Origin: Trypethelium eluteriae
Taxonomy: Eukaryota
Direction of reading: 5' to 3'
NCBI GenBank assembly: GCA_051942245.1
Contig: JAVECL010000179.1
Location: forward strand, 1 to 39,167
DNA length: 39,167 nt
Shown here: positions 1 to 12,283 of the stretch, one piece after another
How the letters are laid out: each line of letters opens with the position of its first letter
Numbering within the stretch: position 1 is the first letter of the stretch
The notes under the pieces: model-generated
What the model saw: only the letters and a program-made list of their open reading frames with translations
What the model was told of the DNA's origin: nothing
Database searches by the model: none
Translations under genes and position numbers: made by a program

Positions 1-1761
1 CCCTGCGCCTCGCCGCCGGCGACGCCACCGTCGCACCCGTAAACGCGCTGAGCCCCGAACTCAGCACCTCGGAGAAGGTGCTCGTCCCTCGATACGGACT
101 CGGCGCCGCACCCTTGCCTGCTCCCCCTCGCACACCGCCGCTGCCGGAGGAGCCGAGGAAGCCGCCCGCAGAGCCGAGGTCGACGTCGTCGAAGCTTGAG
201 GAGCCATGTGGATGCTGCTGCGGCTGGTGCGAGCCATGATGAGTCGTTGCACCGTCCCCAGTGTCGATGCCGGGCTGCAGCTCCGCACGCCGCTCGCGCC
301 AGACGCCGCGGCGGAGATCGAAGTTCTCGGCTTCGAGCGCGCGCACTTTCTGTTCGAGCCGGGTACGGGAGTCGGATTCGAGGGCGTCGAGCGCGGTGTC
401 GTCGTCGTCTTCGCCTTCGCCTTCGAAGAAGTTGGTGGAGGAGGCTGAGGCGGGCTGGTGATGGGGCCGCGTGGAGGTGACGCGTTTGAGCTTGGCGTTT
501 TCGGTGGCGAGCGCGTCGATGCGGGACTGGTGGCGGGCGGAGGCTTCTTTGTGGAGGGTGGTTAGCGTGTCGACTTTCTTTTCCAGGGCGGCGGTGCGGG
601 AGGTGGAGGCGGTGGCGTCGCGCTGGGCGGTGGAGAGTTGGGAGGTGAGGAGGGCAATGCGGGCTTCGGCTTCTTTGGAGAGGCTGCTGCTTTCAGATGA
701 GTCTTTGGCGTTGGCTTCGAGTTGGGTCTGGAGATCGCTGATTTGTTGTTGGGCTTCTGCTGCTTGGGATTCGGCGGAGTTGAGGGCGGAGCGGATCTCT
801 GCCAGTTCGGCATCTCTGGTGTTAACACTTTCTTGGGTGGTAGCGAGTTGGGAGCGGATAGATGAGAGGTCGAGCTCGAGAGACTCGATGGTGGAGGTTT
901 TAGAGGCAATTTGGGCTTCGAGATCGGATGCTTGAGACGGACTAGCTGTAGAAATCCGGCGGTTTTTGGAGACTTGACTCTGCAATTGAGTGTTCTGACG
1001 TTGGAGGGAGGTTACTTCTGCTTTCTATCAGGAGTTAGTGAAGGCCAAAGGCGAAAGGGGACTCAGTGGATGCGGAACGAAGCTTCTTACCAGTTTTTCT
1101 AGTTCCTCCGCTCGGTCTTTGAGCATTCGAGCTTCTCCACTCCCCTCTCGCAGCTCCTCCAACTCCTCCTGTCGCTCACTAATCTTCTTCGCTGCGTCCT
1201 TAGCCTCATCCTGTAGCCGTCTGTTCTCCTTCTCAAGCTCCTCAATTCGCTGCGCTTGCTTACGATAGATGTCTTGCACTTCTGTTTCAGCGTCGACTGA
1301 CCCGTTACCAGCTGCTGTTACTGTCCCACTCGACGGACCGCGACGAAAGGATGCTGATCGTAATCTCGATTTCGCTGTCTCAGAGTTTTGTCGGTCTATG
1401 GTAGGTGTAGTAGGCTCCGCAGTGACCTGATCGGTAGCTTCGTTATCCTGGGAGGTTTGAGCTTCGGCGGTGGCTTCTCCATCTGTGGTCTTGACGTCCT
1501 CTTTGGCCTCGCTCAATGTAGAAGTAGGTTCGGTGTCGGCTTCAGGCTTGTCTTCTTTCTTCTTGGTAGCAGCGCCGCCCTTCTTTCCCTTTTGTTGCTT
1601 CTTCAATTGCTCAAACTGTTCAAGGGAAGAAGTTAGCTTATGAATGTACGAGCTTGAATGCCAGATTGCAGGAATCAGTGGGGAGTGCAAAACGAATAAC
1701 GTACTCGCTTCTTCGCGGCAGCGAGCTTCTCGGCTTTCTCCTTATCTTCGGTGTCGGCCAT
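1..1761 (-). CDS. Long coiled-coil protein ('M protein repeat'-type fungal protein); 3' end runs off the window
   Basis: ATG at 1761. Exons 1761-1705 (MADTEDKEKAEKLAAAKKR), 1615-1091 (FEQLKKQQKGKK...) and 1024 to <1 (KAEVTSLQRQNTQLQSQ...KTSTIESLELDLS), joined in frame by GT-AG introns 1704-1616 and 1090-1025. E/K/Q/L-rich heptad composition. Confidence 0.8.
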
Positions 1762-1878
1762 GGTAGAAACAAGTTAACTTGACTCGAAACTGAGGTATGC
1801 TTTAGCATATAAGTGGACAGCTGCGATGTTGTCGGCTAGCTGCAAGAACCAAAAGCGCAGGCCCATGAACGTCCAATG

Positions 1879-1897
1879 CGTTAAATATTATTTAACG
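1879..1897. repeat. Inverted repeat with 9-bp arms and 1-nt spacer (CGTTAAATA-T-TATTTAACG)
   Basis: Read directly from the sequence, about 120 bp upstream of the ATG at 1761. Confidence 0.7.
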
Positions 1898-2375
1898 TTC
1901 CGCATATTGATGTCTAATTTAGTCTAAGTTTTTTTTGGGAGACAAATCACCCAGTCTTTTGAGTCCTGAAACGGATGTGGCATTTCATAATCTGGTAGTA
2001 CACTTACTAACTGTGTAGTACAGTATTTTCGTCTTGATGGTCTTACAGAGTACTGAGTGTGCCCATGAACGCCTTGATTTGCTAGTAGTTCTAAATAAAT
2101 TTCGTGCATATCGTCCTCACGTCACAAATCATGGGCAGAAGTAATATGTACACAATAGAAGTTAAGAGTACGGGATAAAGTGTCCAATCTGGAACCAATC
2201 GTCTGATACTGGGTTTTGTCCAAGGCAAAACGAAGGGAGGAAAAGAAAAACTCCATCGTGAATGTCACTCTCCAACAGTCGGCTATGCTCTCGAACATCC
2301 CAGAGAAACGGGCTTGAGTAAGCGAAAAAGCTCGTTCACCCCTCTTCTACCACCATCTTCTTGCTACCCATCCGC

Positions 2376-3982
2376 TCAAGAAGCGAACTCCGCATGTCTC
2401 AACGCCCTCTTGCGATGCCTCTCCAAATGGCTCCTCCGCACCTTCGTCGACGTCGACCCGCCATCCGTATCCGGCACCGGAGTACCCAACTCAAACCCAG
2501 TATTCGCGCACGCAGCACCACCGCCACACTTCTTATACAGGGACAGCGCATCCCCAGCACCGCACGTCTCGGTGGCGTCACCCGCACACGGCATCCAGCA
2601 GCCACCCCACTGGCCCTTGACGGGGGCCTGGTCCTGCGGGATGCTGTTGTCGCAGTAGCACTCGTCGCCGTACTCGATGCCCGCGAGCGAGTAGCCCTTG
2701 CCGGAGCAGTAGTCCAGGCAGGACTCGATGGTCATGTTCTTGTCGGAGTGAGAGGCGCCGGACAGCGAGCGGCCGGAGCCGGTGTCCGAGGCGCAGCCCT
2801 GGTAGGACCAGCCCTGCGAGGTCATGTCCTTGTAGTCGACGGGAGGAGGGGTGGCGGGGATCTTCATCTGCTTGATGGGGACGTTGGGCGCCGTTGCGGG
2901 GCCGCCTTGGATGGGGTTGTTGCCGGGGAGGGCCTTGAGCTCGCCGGAGGTGGGCTCGTCGATCATAGGGGGGAGGGTGCAGGCGTGTTGCTCGTCGTCG
3001 GTGAAGAGAGTGCCAAAGCATCCGGGGAGGTCGGCCTCGGTGTCGCCGGCGTTGCAGGTCTCGATCTTCTCCTGGAGGTAGGGGACGTCCCAGCCGTTGA
3101 TGAAATCGCCGTGAAGACCGTAGCCGGTGGGGTCGCCCTGAGCCAAGACGAGCTGGCCAGTAAATTCGCCGTTCTCCAAGAGGGAGCTCATGACATAGTC
3201 AACCTCGAAAAAGATATTGACGAGCTTGACAGGGTGGGTCGAAGGGCAATCGCCGTTGTCGTAGTTGGATCCCATGGGGTAGGCCATGTGAGAGGAATGG
3301 TCAGGTGGGTCCAATGTCTTGCCGTCCCAGCAACTGGGGAAGTAAATAGCAGCACGGTAGGCATAGTCGCAGTACTTTTGAGGAAGGTTGCCCGTAGCAG
3401 GCTCGTGGTATGAGTTGTGTAGGCACTGCCACTGGATCGCATTGGCGGATCCATTGCTTCCACCAAATCCAGGGTTGCTTCGTTTGAATGGGTCACCGGC
3501 AATCATGCGAAATCCAGCAGGAAAAGCCTGAACATGATCCTGGCCTTTTTGTGCTCGGTTGCTTCATCCTCATTAGATTTCAAAGTCAGGATAGATGGAA
3601 TGGCGGAAACTTACTAGTAATAGACAGTCATCCCCGCTCGCTGGCCCAAACCCTCGCCGAGACGGGGAACATCAAAGAAGCTACCATTCGGAGCTTTCCA
3701 GTAGAGCTTGGGGGTCCAATAGTTGGAAAGATCCTTCTTGATAGGACACGAGGAGCAGGATGACTCCTGGGTGGTGTTGTAGGTGGGCATGCTAAAGTTG
3801 AAAGCATTGCCTCCAGCTATTTCGTGAACATGCTGAGAAACTGTACCAGGGCTGATAATGGGATCAGAGCGCTCGTCAACAAGACGGCCAGCGCAGGGAA
3901 TGCGGAAAAAATTGCCGGAGGATGCAGCAAGAGCCGTAGTGGCAGTTGAGGCCAGCAGAGCCAAAGAAGTAGTGAAATACAT
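2376..3982 (-). CDS. Secreted DUF1996 + C-terminal WSC domain protein
   Basis: Signal peptide MYFTTSLALLAS. DUF1996 motifs ERSDPIISPG, DLSNYWTP, FPSCWDG and GYGLHGDFINGW. WSC motif MTIESCLDYC...AGIEYGDECYC...PCAGDATETCG. One intron (GTAAGT at 3614 to an AAG acceptor near 3562) joins the two ORFs in frame. Confidence 0.9.
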
Positions 3983-6107
3983 TCTGACTGGAGGTCTGGA
4001 TCGATGAACGAGACTGAATATACAAAAAACTCTAACGACCGTTCAAGGTGCGAGGTTGAAGCGTTGGCGACCGACAGTCGATTTTACCTACAAGAATGAA
4101 TGACTGAAGTGAATGACAGTAATGATCGAAAGTGTCCAGGGACACCAAGGTCTCAGACCTCAATTCTTGAAATGAGCGTGGGGAACGGGAAGGTTGCAGC
4201 AGCAGAAAGAAAGGAAACGAGGAGGGGGGTCATATAGGTAAAGTAGGCGTTGTGTAATGGCCAAGATACCTTATGGAAAATATCCCGCATGTCCACGTTC
4301 TAGTTTACGATCGTATTTGCAGATCATCTGCAACACTGTTTAATTTCCAGCCGCCCTTTGCAGGCCTGGAGCTTCTGCAATGGCACAAGAAACAAAGACA
4401 TGGCGAATGGGAGGTTTTGCAGTAGCAGGGGGGTCAAGCGCTGGCTGCGTGTATAGCGTTAGCGCATCCGCTGAAGAGCCTTGCCTTTGGTAGCCCTTGT
4501 CTCAGGTCATGCAGGAAGAGATGGACGAGAAAAATGTCACAAGACGGTAGACCCTAAGCAGCGACGGCTGGCGCCAGAGGCTTGGTCCGTTGTTTTCAAA
4601 CACTCGGACTTCCTGAAAGGCGTAGAACAAGCCCCGAATCGGGTGGACAAGCCGCCTTTATTCCACTGTGCTTTAACTTACCCACTTTGAGTTCTTTCAC
4701 CACCGTACGGAGTACTACCTACTCCTAGGAAAATGACAGAGGCAATATCGGAGGAGGCTGGTTGACCCACAAGTAATTTTCGGCTCACGAACAGAGAAAT
4801 ACGTATGGAGTACTCACTAGATGACTGTCCTGCAAAGAGCGCCCTTGACACTGCACTGCAAAGTCATCGTCATTGATAAGAAAGCTCCTAAAATCTGTCG
4901 GTCCTGCATTAGTCAGGGGCACAACACCTGCAGTCTGCTGGAAGGTTTCCAAGCGAACTTGCAACCGCTGAAGTCGTTCGGCACCGACGCACCGAAGGTA
5001 AGTGAAGGTAAGCTTACTAGTCCCTATACAGATCAGCCGGGTGGCTATCGTTGCGACCAGCTGCGACCGCCTGCATCCTTCCCGCCTTATCTCTGAATTC
5101 CATCCTCGGTTAAGCCGAAAATGTCACTGCGATTCCGGCAAGGATTGGCAGGGGCAAGAGTGAACAAGTGCCGGGTTACCACGCGCTGATCAGCCATCAA
5201 AAAGCCTATCAGGGACGGTGAGGCCGGGTCTCCCTCACCAGCCGCTGGCCTGGCCGAATGGGCGCTTGGCTCGATATCGTCGTCAAGGCCTACCGTCCCA
5301 TCAGAGAGAGGCCAGAATAGACTCACGAAACAACTCTGATTCTTGGAAATTGGAGTGCGGATAGCGTTGTCAGACCGGAGCGCCTCGCAACTTCTACTGC
5401 TTTCTCATGAGGCAGCTTTTCCACATCATCGTGCCACTCAACCCGAATTACTCTAAGGTCCACTCCTGCTTCTGCGCCGCCTGCATGCAGCCACTTCTCC
5501 ACTTGCCCATGTTGGAGGTTGCAGCGCAGATGCAGAATTCTCAACCGCCTTGCTTGGCAAAAAGGGGCCTTTTCCTGTCTTCTGAGTGGTACACTCCTCT
5601 GAGTTTCCAGACATGAATCCCGAAATTTCAGTACTGGACTCCATTGAATTATCGCCTTGACTTTAGCCGGTCAATTGCTGGCGTTGGCTGGTCCCACGTC
5701 GAAGAGGACTGCAGTGGAATACTGCAGTATCTTGCAGCGCGGGAATGACGCTTACAGTTCGCATCGCTTGACCTGAAGACAAAGTCTGGCTTACGTCTGG
5801 CTACCAACACCAACATTGGGTATGAGATCGGTCGCTAGTAATTCAATCGGTTCCAAATGTTCACTTGGTAATCACTAATGGTGAATCGTTCCTTAATCGT
5901 CAACACTAGCCTCAGGGGCCTTCAAGCCAACAAATATGCAGATACAGACAATCAAGTTGGAGATCTAGGCCCTTTACGCCGCTCATCTCACTTCATACAA
6001 ATCCTAAATCTAGGGTCTAGGTATGTCTCAGTGTCATGGAAAGTCAACAGCTGCTTCTTCATAATCGCAGTCCACAGTCTCTTCGATGGCACCGTCCAAG
6101 TGTTGGT

Positions 6108-8039
6108 CTACGACGTAGGTTCCTTAGGTATCTCCTTACCCGGTGGAGGTATAAGCTTTCCCTCCTTCATCTCCCAGCCTCTCTGACTCATCTGTCTCCA
6201 TTCTCGCTCTATAGCAACTCTTACTAATTCTCCTGCTGCATTTGCATCCTCCTTGCTGTCGTGTCCACCATCGTTCGAATTACTCGATGCTCCTGCTCTG
6301 CCTCCAGTCTGGATCTTCCATCCCAAATGCTCAGAAGCAAGGTCGCGTAGTGCGCGCCTAGCTGGCAATCCTCTATGGTGAGGGAAGAGCAGGATGGTGT
6401 CTACAATTGTGGGATGTATTAGACGGACTGCCCTGAGGTCATTGTCTAGCGCATGACCGATGACTGGCGTTGAAGGTGTCAGTAGGGACGTAAGTAATGT
6501 CCGCGCCGCCGCTGGTGAAGGAGCCTTTCGTAATTGCTTGTTCTTGCTGTCCCCAATACTTAGCGGCGGCGGAGTGACCCCCTTGTAGAGCTCGGCATTG
6601 TCGAAGTCCTCAGGCCGGACTCCAGAGAAACGTGAATTGAAGTCTAAAATGAACCCCTGTGGTTGAACAAACACATCCAGAAGTTCCTTGCCGCTCTGCC
6701 ATTCAGTAGCAGTAAGTCGAATAAGCTCTAAGCCGTTGGTGGTGTAGCCCATTTCGCAGTCGAAGGCAAGCGCGGAAGGCTTCAAAACCCCGTCAACATT
6801 GTCACTTTCGTTGGTAGTCGGTGTCTCCGCGAATGGCAGGATAGAGGCCAATCTCGCAGGCTGTTTTACAACGAACACATGTTGCTCGTGAGTCTTGCAT
6901 CCCTTCGTACCTTCCGGTTCACCGCAACAAGCATGTATCTTCCTTCTGTGACTTTTGCTCTTGTTCGCAGACTCCCTTTGTGGGTAAAATGCCTTTACCG
7001 GATGGTGAGTGCATCGGCCTCCGGTCGTCAATGTTCCATCAGGTTGTCGCTCTGGATATGCCTGGAAACGCGATCCGCAAAGATCACAGACCTCCCGGTG
7101 TTCAGCAGCTGCGACGCCGTCTTTGGCTTTCTTGATCTCCGCTTCGGGGATCTGGATGGGCACATATCCGTGATGGACAAGCGGTGCTTGGTGAGCTGCT
7201 AAATGTGGCAGTATCAGAAGCTCTTCCTCCGGAGTTAGCTTCGAGTTGTAAGGTGGATATGGGTCCTCTATCTTCGGCTTTTCAGGCTCATTAGGCTGAA
7301 GCGAGGCACGTCGTTCTTTAAGCCAATCTGCTAGAGACATTTTTGCATACGTAGCTATCTTTTGTTTAATTAGATTGGTGTAGACTGAGGGTTTGTCGCG
7401 AGCAAAGGCTTCCTCTTCATTCAAAGCAAATAGCTTCAACTCATTGTCCGTAAGGACAAACTGCTTATGGTCGGCGTTGGTACTATTGGCAACCAAAGTA
7501 TTGAGACGTTGCAACTTCTCAAAAAACACGATCAGATACTGCCGTCGCTTATCGTGGCCAGCAGGGTCATGTGCGAGCAATTTAGGATTCAAGGTAATCG
7601 GTTTGTCTGAAGTCGGTGCTTTGCTATTGGGCTGGCTCATCTTGGCTCTCTTTGCATCCTGGATGGGAGGAGGCGAGACGTCCCTCTTCGCAGATTGTAG
7701 TTCATTCTTGGATCTGTTTGGCTCCTGGGTTGTGGTTGTCGTTGCTCTGTTTGATGTCGGGAGTTTATTATCCAAAGAAAGCTCCGTCAAAACTACGTCT
7801 GATGACAGTGCCTGAGCATCTTTTACTTGAGATGCCACACTAGTATCACCAGTATTGTTGAGTTTTCTTCGCTTGACATCTCTCCTTCCCTCGAATTCAT
7901 CTGATCTGTCGACTATGCCAATATTATGGAGTTCGGCATCTGTAGATTGAAAATCGTGAGAGAAGATGCAATTGGGCAGTCGACATGAAGGGCCTCCTGA
8001 GCAAATGACCTTTTTGAAAAGGGTCGTAGTCGAGAACAT
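6108..8039 (-). CDS. REX3: RNA exonuclease 3 (DEDDh family)
   Basis: 643-aa single-exon ORF. N-terminal C-x5-C-x4-C-x3-H, central Cys/His cluster, and exonuclease motifs AFDCEMGYT, GHALDNDL and HDSKEDA. Confidence 0.88.
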   Translation of the reverse strand: MFSTTTLFKKVICSGGPSCRLPNCIFSHDFQSTDAELHNIGIVDRSDEFEGRRDVKRRKLNNTGDTSVASQVKDAQALSSDVVLTELSLDNKLPTSNRATTTTTQEPNRSKNELQSAKRDVSPPPIQDAKRAKMSQPNSKAPTSDKPITLNPKLLAHDPAGHDKRRQYLIVFFEKLQRLNTLVANSTNADHKQFVLTDNELKLFALNEEEAFARDKPSVYTNLIKQKIATYAKMSLADWLKERRASLQPNEPEKPKIEDPYPPYNSKLTPEEELLILPHLAAHQAPLVHHGYVPIQIPEAEIKKAKDGVAAAEHREVCDLCGSRFQAYPERQPDGTLTTGGRCTHHPVKAFYPQRESANKSKSHRRKIHACCGEPEGTKGCKTHEQHVFVVKQPARLASILPFAETPTTNESDNVDGVLKPSALAFDCEMGYTTNGLELIRLTATEWQSGKELLDVFVQPQGFILDFNSRFSGVRPEDFDNAELYKGVTPPPLSIGDSKNKQLRKAPSPAAARTLLTSLLTPSTPVIGHALDNDLRAVRLIHPTIVDTILLFPHHRGLPARRALRDLASEHLGWKIQTGGRAGASSNSNDGGHDSKEDANAAGELVRVAIEREWRQMSQRGWEMKEGKLIPPPGKEIPKEPTS

Positions 8040-8630
8040 GCTGGATTATTATGAATATCGCTGAAATCTGGGGGCATTGGAGCGAAGTGCTATAACGTTG
8101 TCGTGAAACTAATCTAAGCTGAGTTATATTGTCTAAAGGTAGTTTCTCAGCCTGGTTGAGAGCGTACCACGTGAAAGCGATACACGAAGAGAAAAAGAGT
8201 TACCTTTCCGGAGACGTACTCGTATCAAAGTTAGAAAGCTGCTGAAGACGCGGGCGTGACCCAGGCTGCCGAACGCATAGTCACATATAGTCAGCGGCGG
8301 TAGTAACTTGCGCCGGATCAGACGTGTGTTTCATGGGAAGACTATTGAGCTCGTGGACCTCTGCTCGTTGCTAAAAGGATGGCTAGCGTCAGTCCCGATC
8401 AGTCTGTTCAACCGTCATGGGACTACTTCATGACAATGGTGCGCATCCAGTGTGTTGATTGTATTCAGTGTACCTGCATGAAGTTGACGGAAGAGTCCCC
8501 GTGAACCATGTGAACCAGGGATCAGCAGGCGCCGGCGCTCGGCCTGCCGTCGACGTCAACTCGTCATCGCAGTCCAGCTTTAAATCCAACGTGATGCCTC
8601 CCTCCTCCGCGACGCCATTTGGCGTCTCTC

Positions 8631-10185
8631 ATGCCTTCCTCACCCTTCTCTTTGACCGGCCTCGGTCGGGGCGTTGCTTCCAACTCCCCAAAGGTTGAAG
8701 AACCGCAGCTAGACGCAACCGATACTGCGACGCACCTTGTCGTCTTAATCCACGGGTTCGTCAGATCTCGAAACAAAGCACCCGTTCTGCGCGGTGTGCT
8801 CCTCTTCTGCTCGCTCTGCTGATGCAGGTTTCTATAGACTATGGGGGAACCCAAACCACCTTAGATTCCTTTCGAAATCCCTCCGAGAGAAATATCCCGA
8901 AGAACTCCACATCCTTGTCGCCCGGTCGAATTCGGACTCTTTCACCTACGATGGCATCGAAGTTGGTGGTGAGCGTGTCGCACATGAGATCGAGGAGACC
9001 CTCGAGCAATTGTCAAAGCGTGGCAATACCATTACGAAAATCAGCATGATAGGCTACAGTCTGGGCGGCCTCGTTGCACGCTATGCTATCGGTCTCCTCT
9101 ACTCGCACGGCTTGTTTGATAAAATCCAGCCGATCAACTTCACCACCTTCGCCAGCCCCCACCTTGGCGTGCGTACACCCAAAGTCGGCCTAAGCAACCA
9201 GATCTGGAACGTCTTGGGCGCGCGCACTCTCTCCGTCTCCGGACAACAGCTCTTCACCATCGACTCCTTCCGCGATACCGGCCGACCCCTCCTATCCCTC
9301 CTCGCAGACCCCTCCTCAATCTTCCTCCGCGGCCTCGCCCGCTTCAAAAACCGCACTCTCTACGCGAACATTGTGAACGACCGCTCCGTCCCCTACTACA
9401 CCAGCGCCATCTCCCGCACCGACCCCTTCGCCACCGCCGACCCGGACACCCTCTCCCTAAACTACGTCCCGGGGTACACCCCCGTCCTCCTCCACCCCCA
9501 CCATCCGATATCGCGGAAACCGCAGGCGCCCGACGCGTCGACCGCGCTCTACTACCAGTCCCGGGCGCTCGTCCGCCAGCTCCCGTTCATGGCGTTCGTG
9601 CTGCTCGTCCTGCCCCTAGGCTCCGTGCTGTTCTTGCTCAACAGCGGCGTCCAGCTCGTGCGAAGCCGCCAGCGGATTCGGCTGCATGAGGCTGGGCAGG
9701 GGGCGATGGGTGCGCCGGCGAAGTACCGGATTCCGTTGATGGTGCAGGGGATGGAGCGGAGGGTGGAAGGGGTGTATGAGCATGTGGAAGCGAGCACGAT
9801 GCAGGATACGTTGGATGGGATGGCGGAGGATGTGAATGATGACGAGGATGAGGATGACGAGGAAGCGGAGAGCGATAAACCGTTGCTGGAGCGGGACAAT
9901 AATTCAGAGAGGCGCCTAAAAGTGCGGAGAAAGGAAAAGCAGGCGAATGGGGATGTGAATAAAGGAAATACTGCCTCGGCAGATACGGATTTTCCGGTTT
10001 TGGCACTGACACCGGATCAGTTTCAAATGATTGATGAATTGGACCGGGTTGGCTTTACGAAATACCGGGTCTGGATACAGAAGGCTCGGCATAGTCACGC
10101 TGCAATTGTTGTACGGATGAATAGACAGTCATTTGAAGATGGTAAAGTTGTGGTAGGACATTGGGTAAGCACGTTCGAGGTTTAG
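8631..10185 (+). CDS. DUF676 putative lipase/serine esterase (alpha/beta hydrolase, ROG1-like)
   Basis: ATG at 8631. HLVVLIHG/LWGNPNHL is joined across intron 8756-8837. Nucleophile elbow GYSLGG, FASPHLG, NDRSVPYYT, C-terminal HSHAAIVVR and one hydrophobic segment. Confidence 0.88.
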
Positions 10186-10618
10186 CTGTTGGCCCGTTTC
10201 TTGCTTTCCAGAATCAGGCGTGTTCGTGGCTGGATAATTGTGTTTTGTTTTTGTTCCTGCGCTGCATCTGGCTAGTTGAATCTCGGTGATCGTGTCTGCG
10301 TGGAGTCTGCGATATACATAGAGGCCTGATAGAGCATGGAGGGGCATGAAAAAGGAGGAAAGGAGCACTGCGACACTTGTTACTGAGCTTGACTATCAGG
10401 TTCAATACGAAATTTAATTCGATACTGTCGAGAAGTCGAATAGGATTTATTCGCTTTTGGAAATCTAGATCATGTCGTTCAGATTCCCGGAATATGCAAT
10501 GCTAAGACCGTTCAAATACGTATTTATACAGGGCCAGTGCCATTGGCCTCCCTTGGCTTCTCCTAAACGCCTTCAAGTACGCTGAGAAACCAAACGAAAC
10601 GCTCACACTTGGTAAACC

Positions 10619-11804
10619 TCATTCGTTGTAATGGAATACCTTTAGGACCGCATTAGTATTGTACTATGTTATGCTAATATTCGGGGTTGCATACCAAGTA
10701 ATTGGGCAAACCCCATGATGACCACCCTAACCTCTTGGCCATCTTGGCGAACCCTTCCGTCTCAATGAGATGATAGAAGGCGAACGGTGGGAACATGGCA
10801 CCATCGCGATGGACTTCTGCCTTGACTAGAAGCACCGTACCCCCAACACCATCGAGTTCGATCTCTCTTTCTAGCTCCGGATTGGCCTCATCGTACATGT
10901 ACGTCATCAGGCTACGATACGTCGCCATCTCTGCGTACCCTTCGAGTAAAATATCGTCCTTGTCCATACTGGAGGCCAGACTTTGTGCCGTGACGCTATC
11001 GATCCAGGAGTTGTAATCATAGGGCCGGACGTCTTGCGCACTCTTTTCCTTGTTAAAATAACGTTGGAAACAGTTCGGCACGATAATGGGTTTGTCATGC
11101 GCGGCAAGGTCCTGAATCAGACTAGGTGGAGTCTCGATAATGTCAGCATCCATCCAAAGCACCCAAGACGTCGTGGGACCCAGGGTGGTGAAGAGCAGGC
11201 TATTCCGCGCTTTCGACATGGCTGCTCGACGTGCTTTCTGGTTGGCCATTTTGTGTCGTTCTGACTCCGCTTGACTAGTCTGCATCTCAGTATCTTGCCT
11301 GAGGATGGTTATACTGGCAAAACGCTTCTTGATTGGACCAGACTGGGTTTTAGCTATTTGCGCCTGGAGAGCCGTAGTTGCCGAGTTGCCCTCACGTCCT
11401 TTGGGGATGATGAAACCGAGAGAAATGAGATCATGAGGGTAGGAGAGTTCGAGGAGATTGTCCCAATACTCTTGATAGAAACGAGCAAGTGGGCTGAGGA
11501 TGAGGATTGTTTCTCGACGTGCGATAGGATCGATGGATGTAGTAAGGTTGTTGAGGTGATAGTGAACTACCGGAGGCGGTGGTGGTAACTCGCCATCTTT
11601 CGTCTTAGCTTTTTTAAATGGAAGAGATGGTGGTGATAGAGGATTCGCGGCAGCAGCATCTTCAGGATGAAGAGATTGTGCGCCTCCTATAGGCGCATCA
11701 TCCTCGAATGGCGCTAATAGAAAGTAGAGGAATCCGATAATGAGAATGCCGGCCAGAAATATTGTGGTGGGATTTGTCCGTCGCAATGATCGTGCGGAGG
11801 GCAT
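10619..11804 (-). CDS. MNN9: Mannan polymerase complex subunit (GT62/Anp1 family, type II membrane protein)
   Basis: ATG at 11804, N-terminal transmembrane segment, WVLWMDADI (DxD), LDGVGGT and HLIETEGFAKMAKRLG. Intron 10694-10640 restores the C-terminus GLPNYLVFHYNE*. Confidence 0.9.
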
Positions 11805-12283
11805 TTCGGGGTGCAAGGTCGCAGCCAGCCTGCTGACCGCCGGAGTAACTGAAAAATTGGATGTCAGTCATAACACTTTTGAAATGTAAATTGTTTTACG
11901 GTACAAGAGGAACTCGTCTGCAATTCCCGAAGCTATTTCAAAGCCGGCCGCCCTTCTGTAACACGGAAGTTTGGGGGATCTTGAACCTACCGAATCAACC
12001 CTCACTCGCGCGTTCCATCCACGACTCAACTCCGGACGATAGAAATCAGAAGAGAGAAAAAGGGGACCGAGGTAGCGAAAGAGGTAGAGAAGTTCCAATG
12101 CGTACGTCGCCTTGACCCGCGGACCACGAATCTCTACCGCAACGTCAAGCTTGGCAGGGTCCGACGGCGTACGCTAGCCCTCATCAAGCAAGGCCAATTG
12201 GACCGGTACAAACGTCACCCAGTCGTATGCATGGTAAGCCAAGATCTGTGAGCAATGCAGGACCGTCCAAGGATAGCTTTCCA

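Noticed and set aside
61..1268. Several overlapping short ORFs on both strands
   Set aside because: Alternative-frame or antisense shadows of the coiled-coil gene.
2361..3413. 350-aa + strand ORF antisense to the WSC gene
   Set aside because: Shadow of GC3-rich codon usage, starts at TTG, and has no recognisable motifs.
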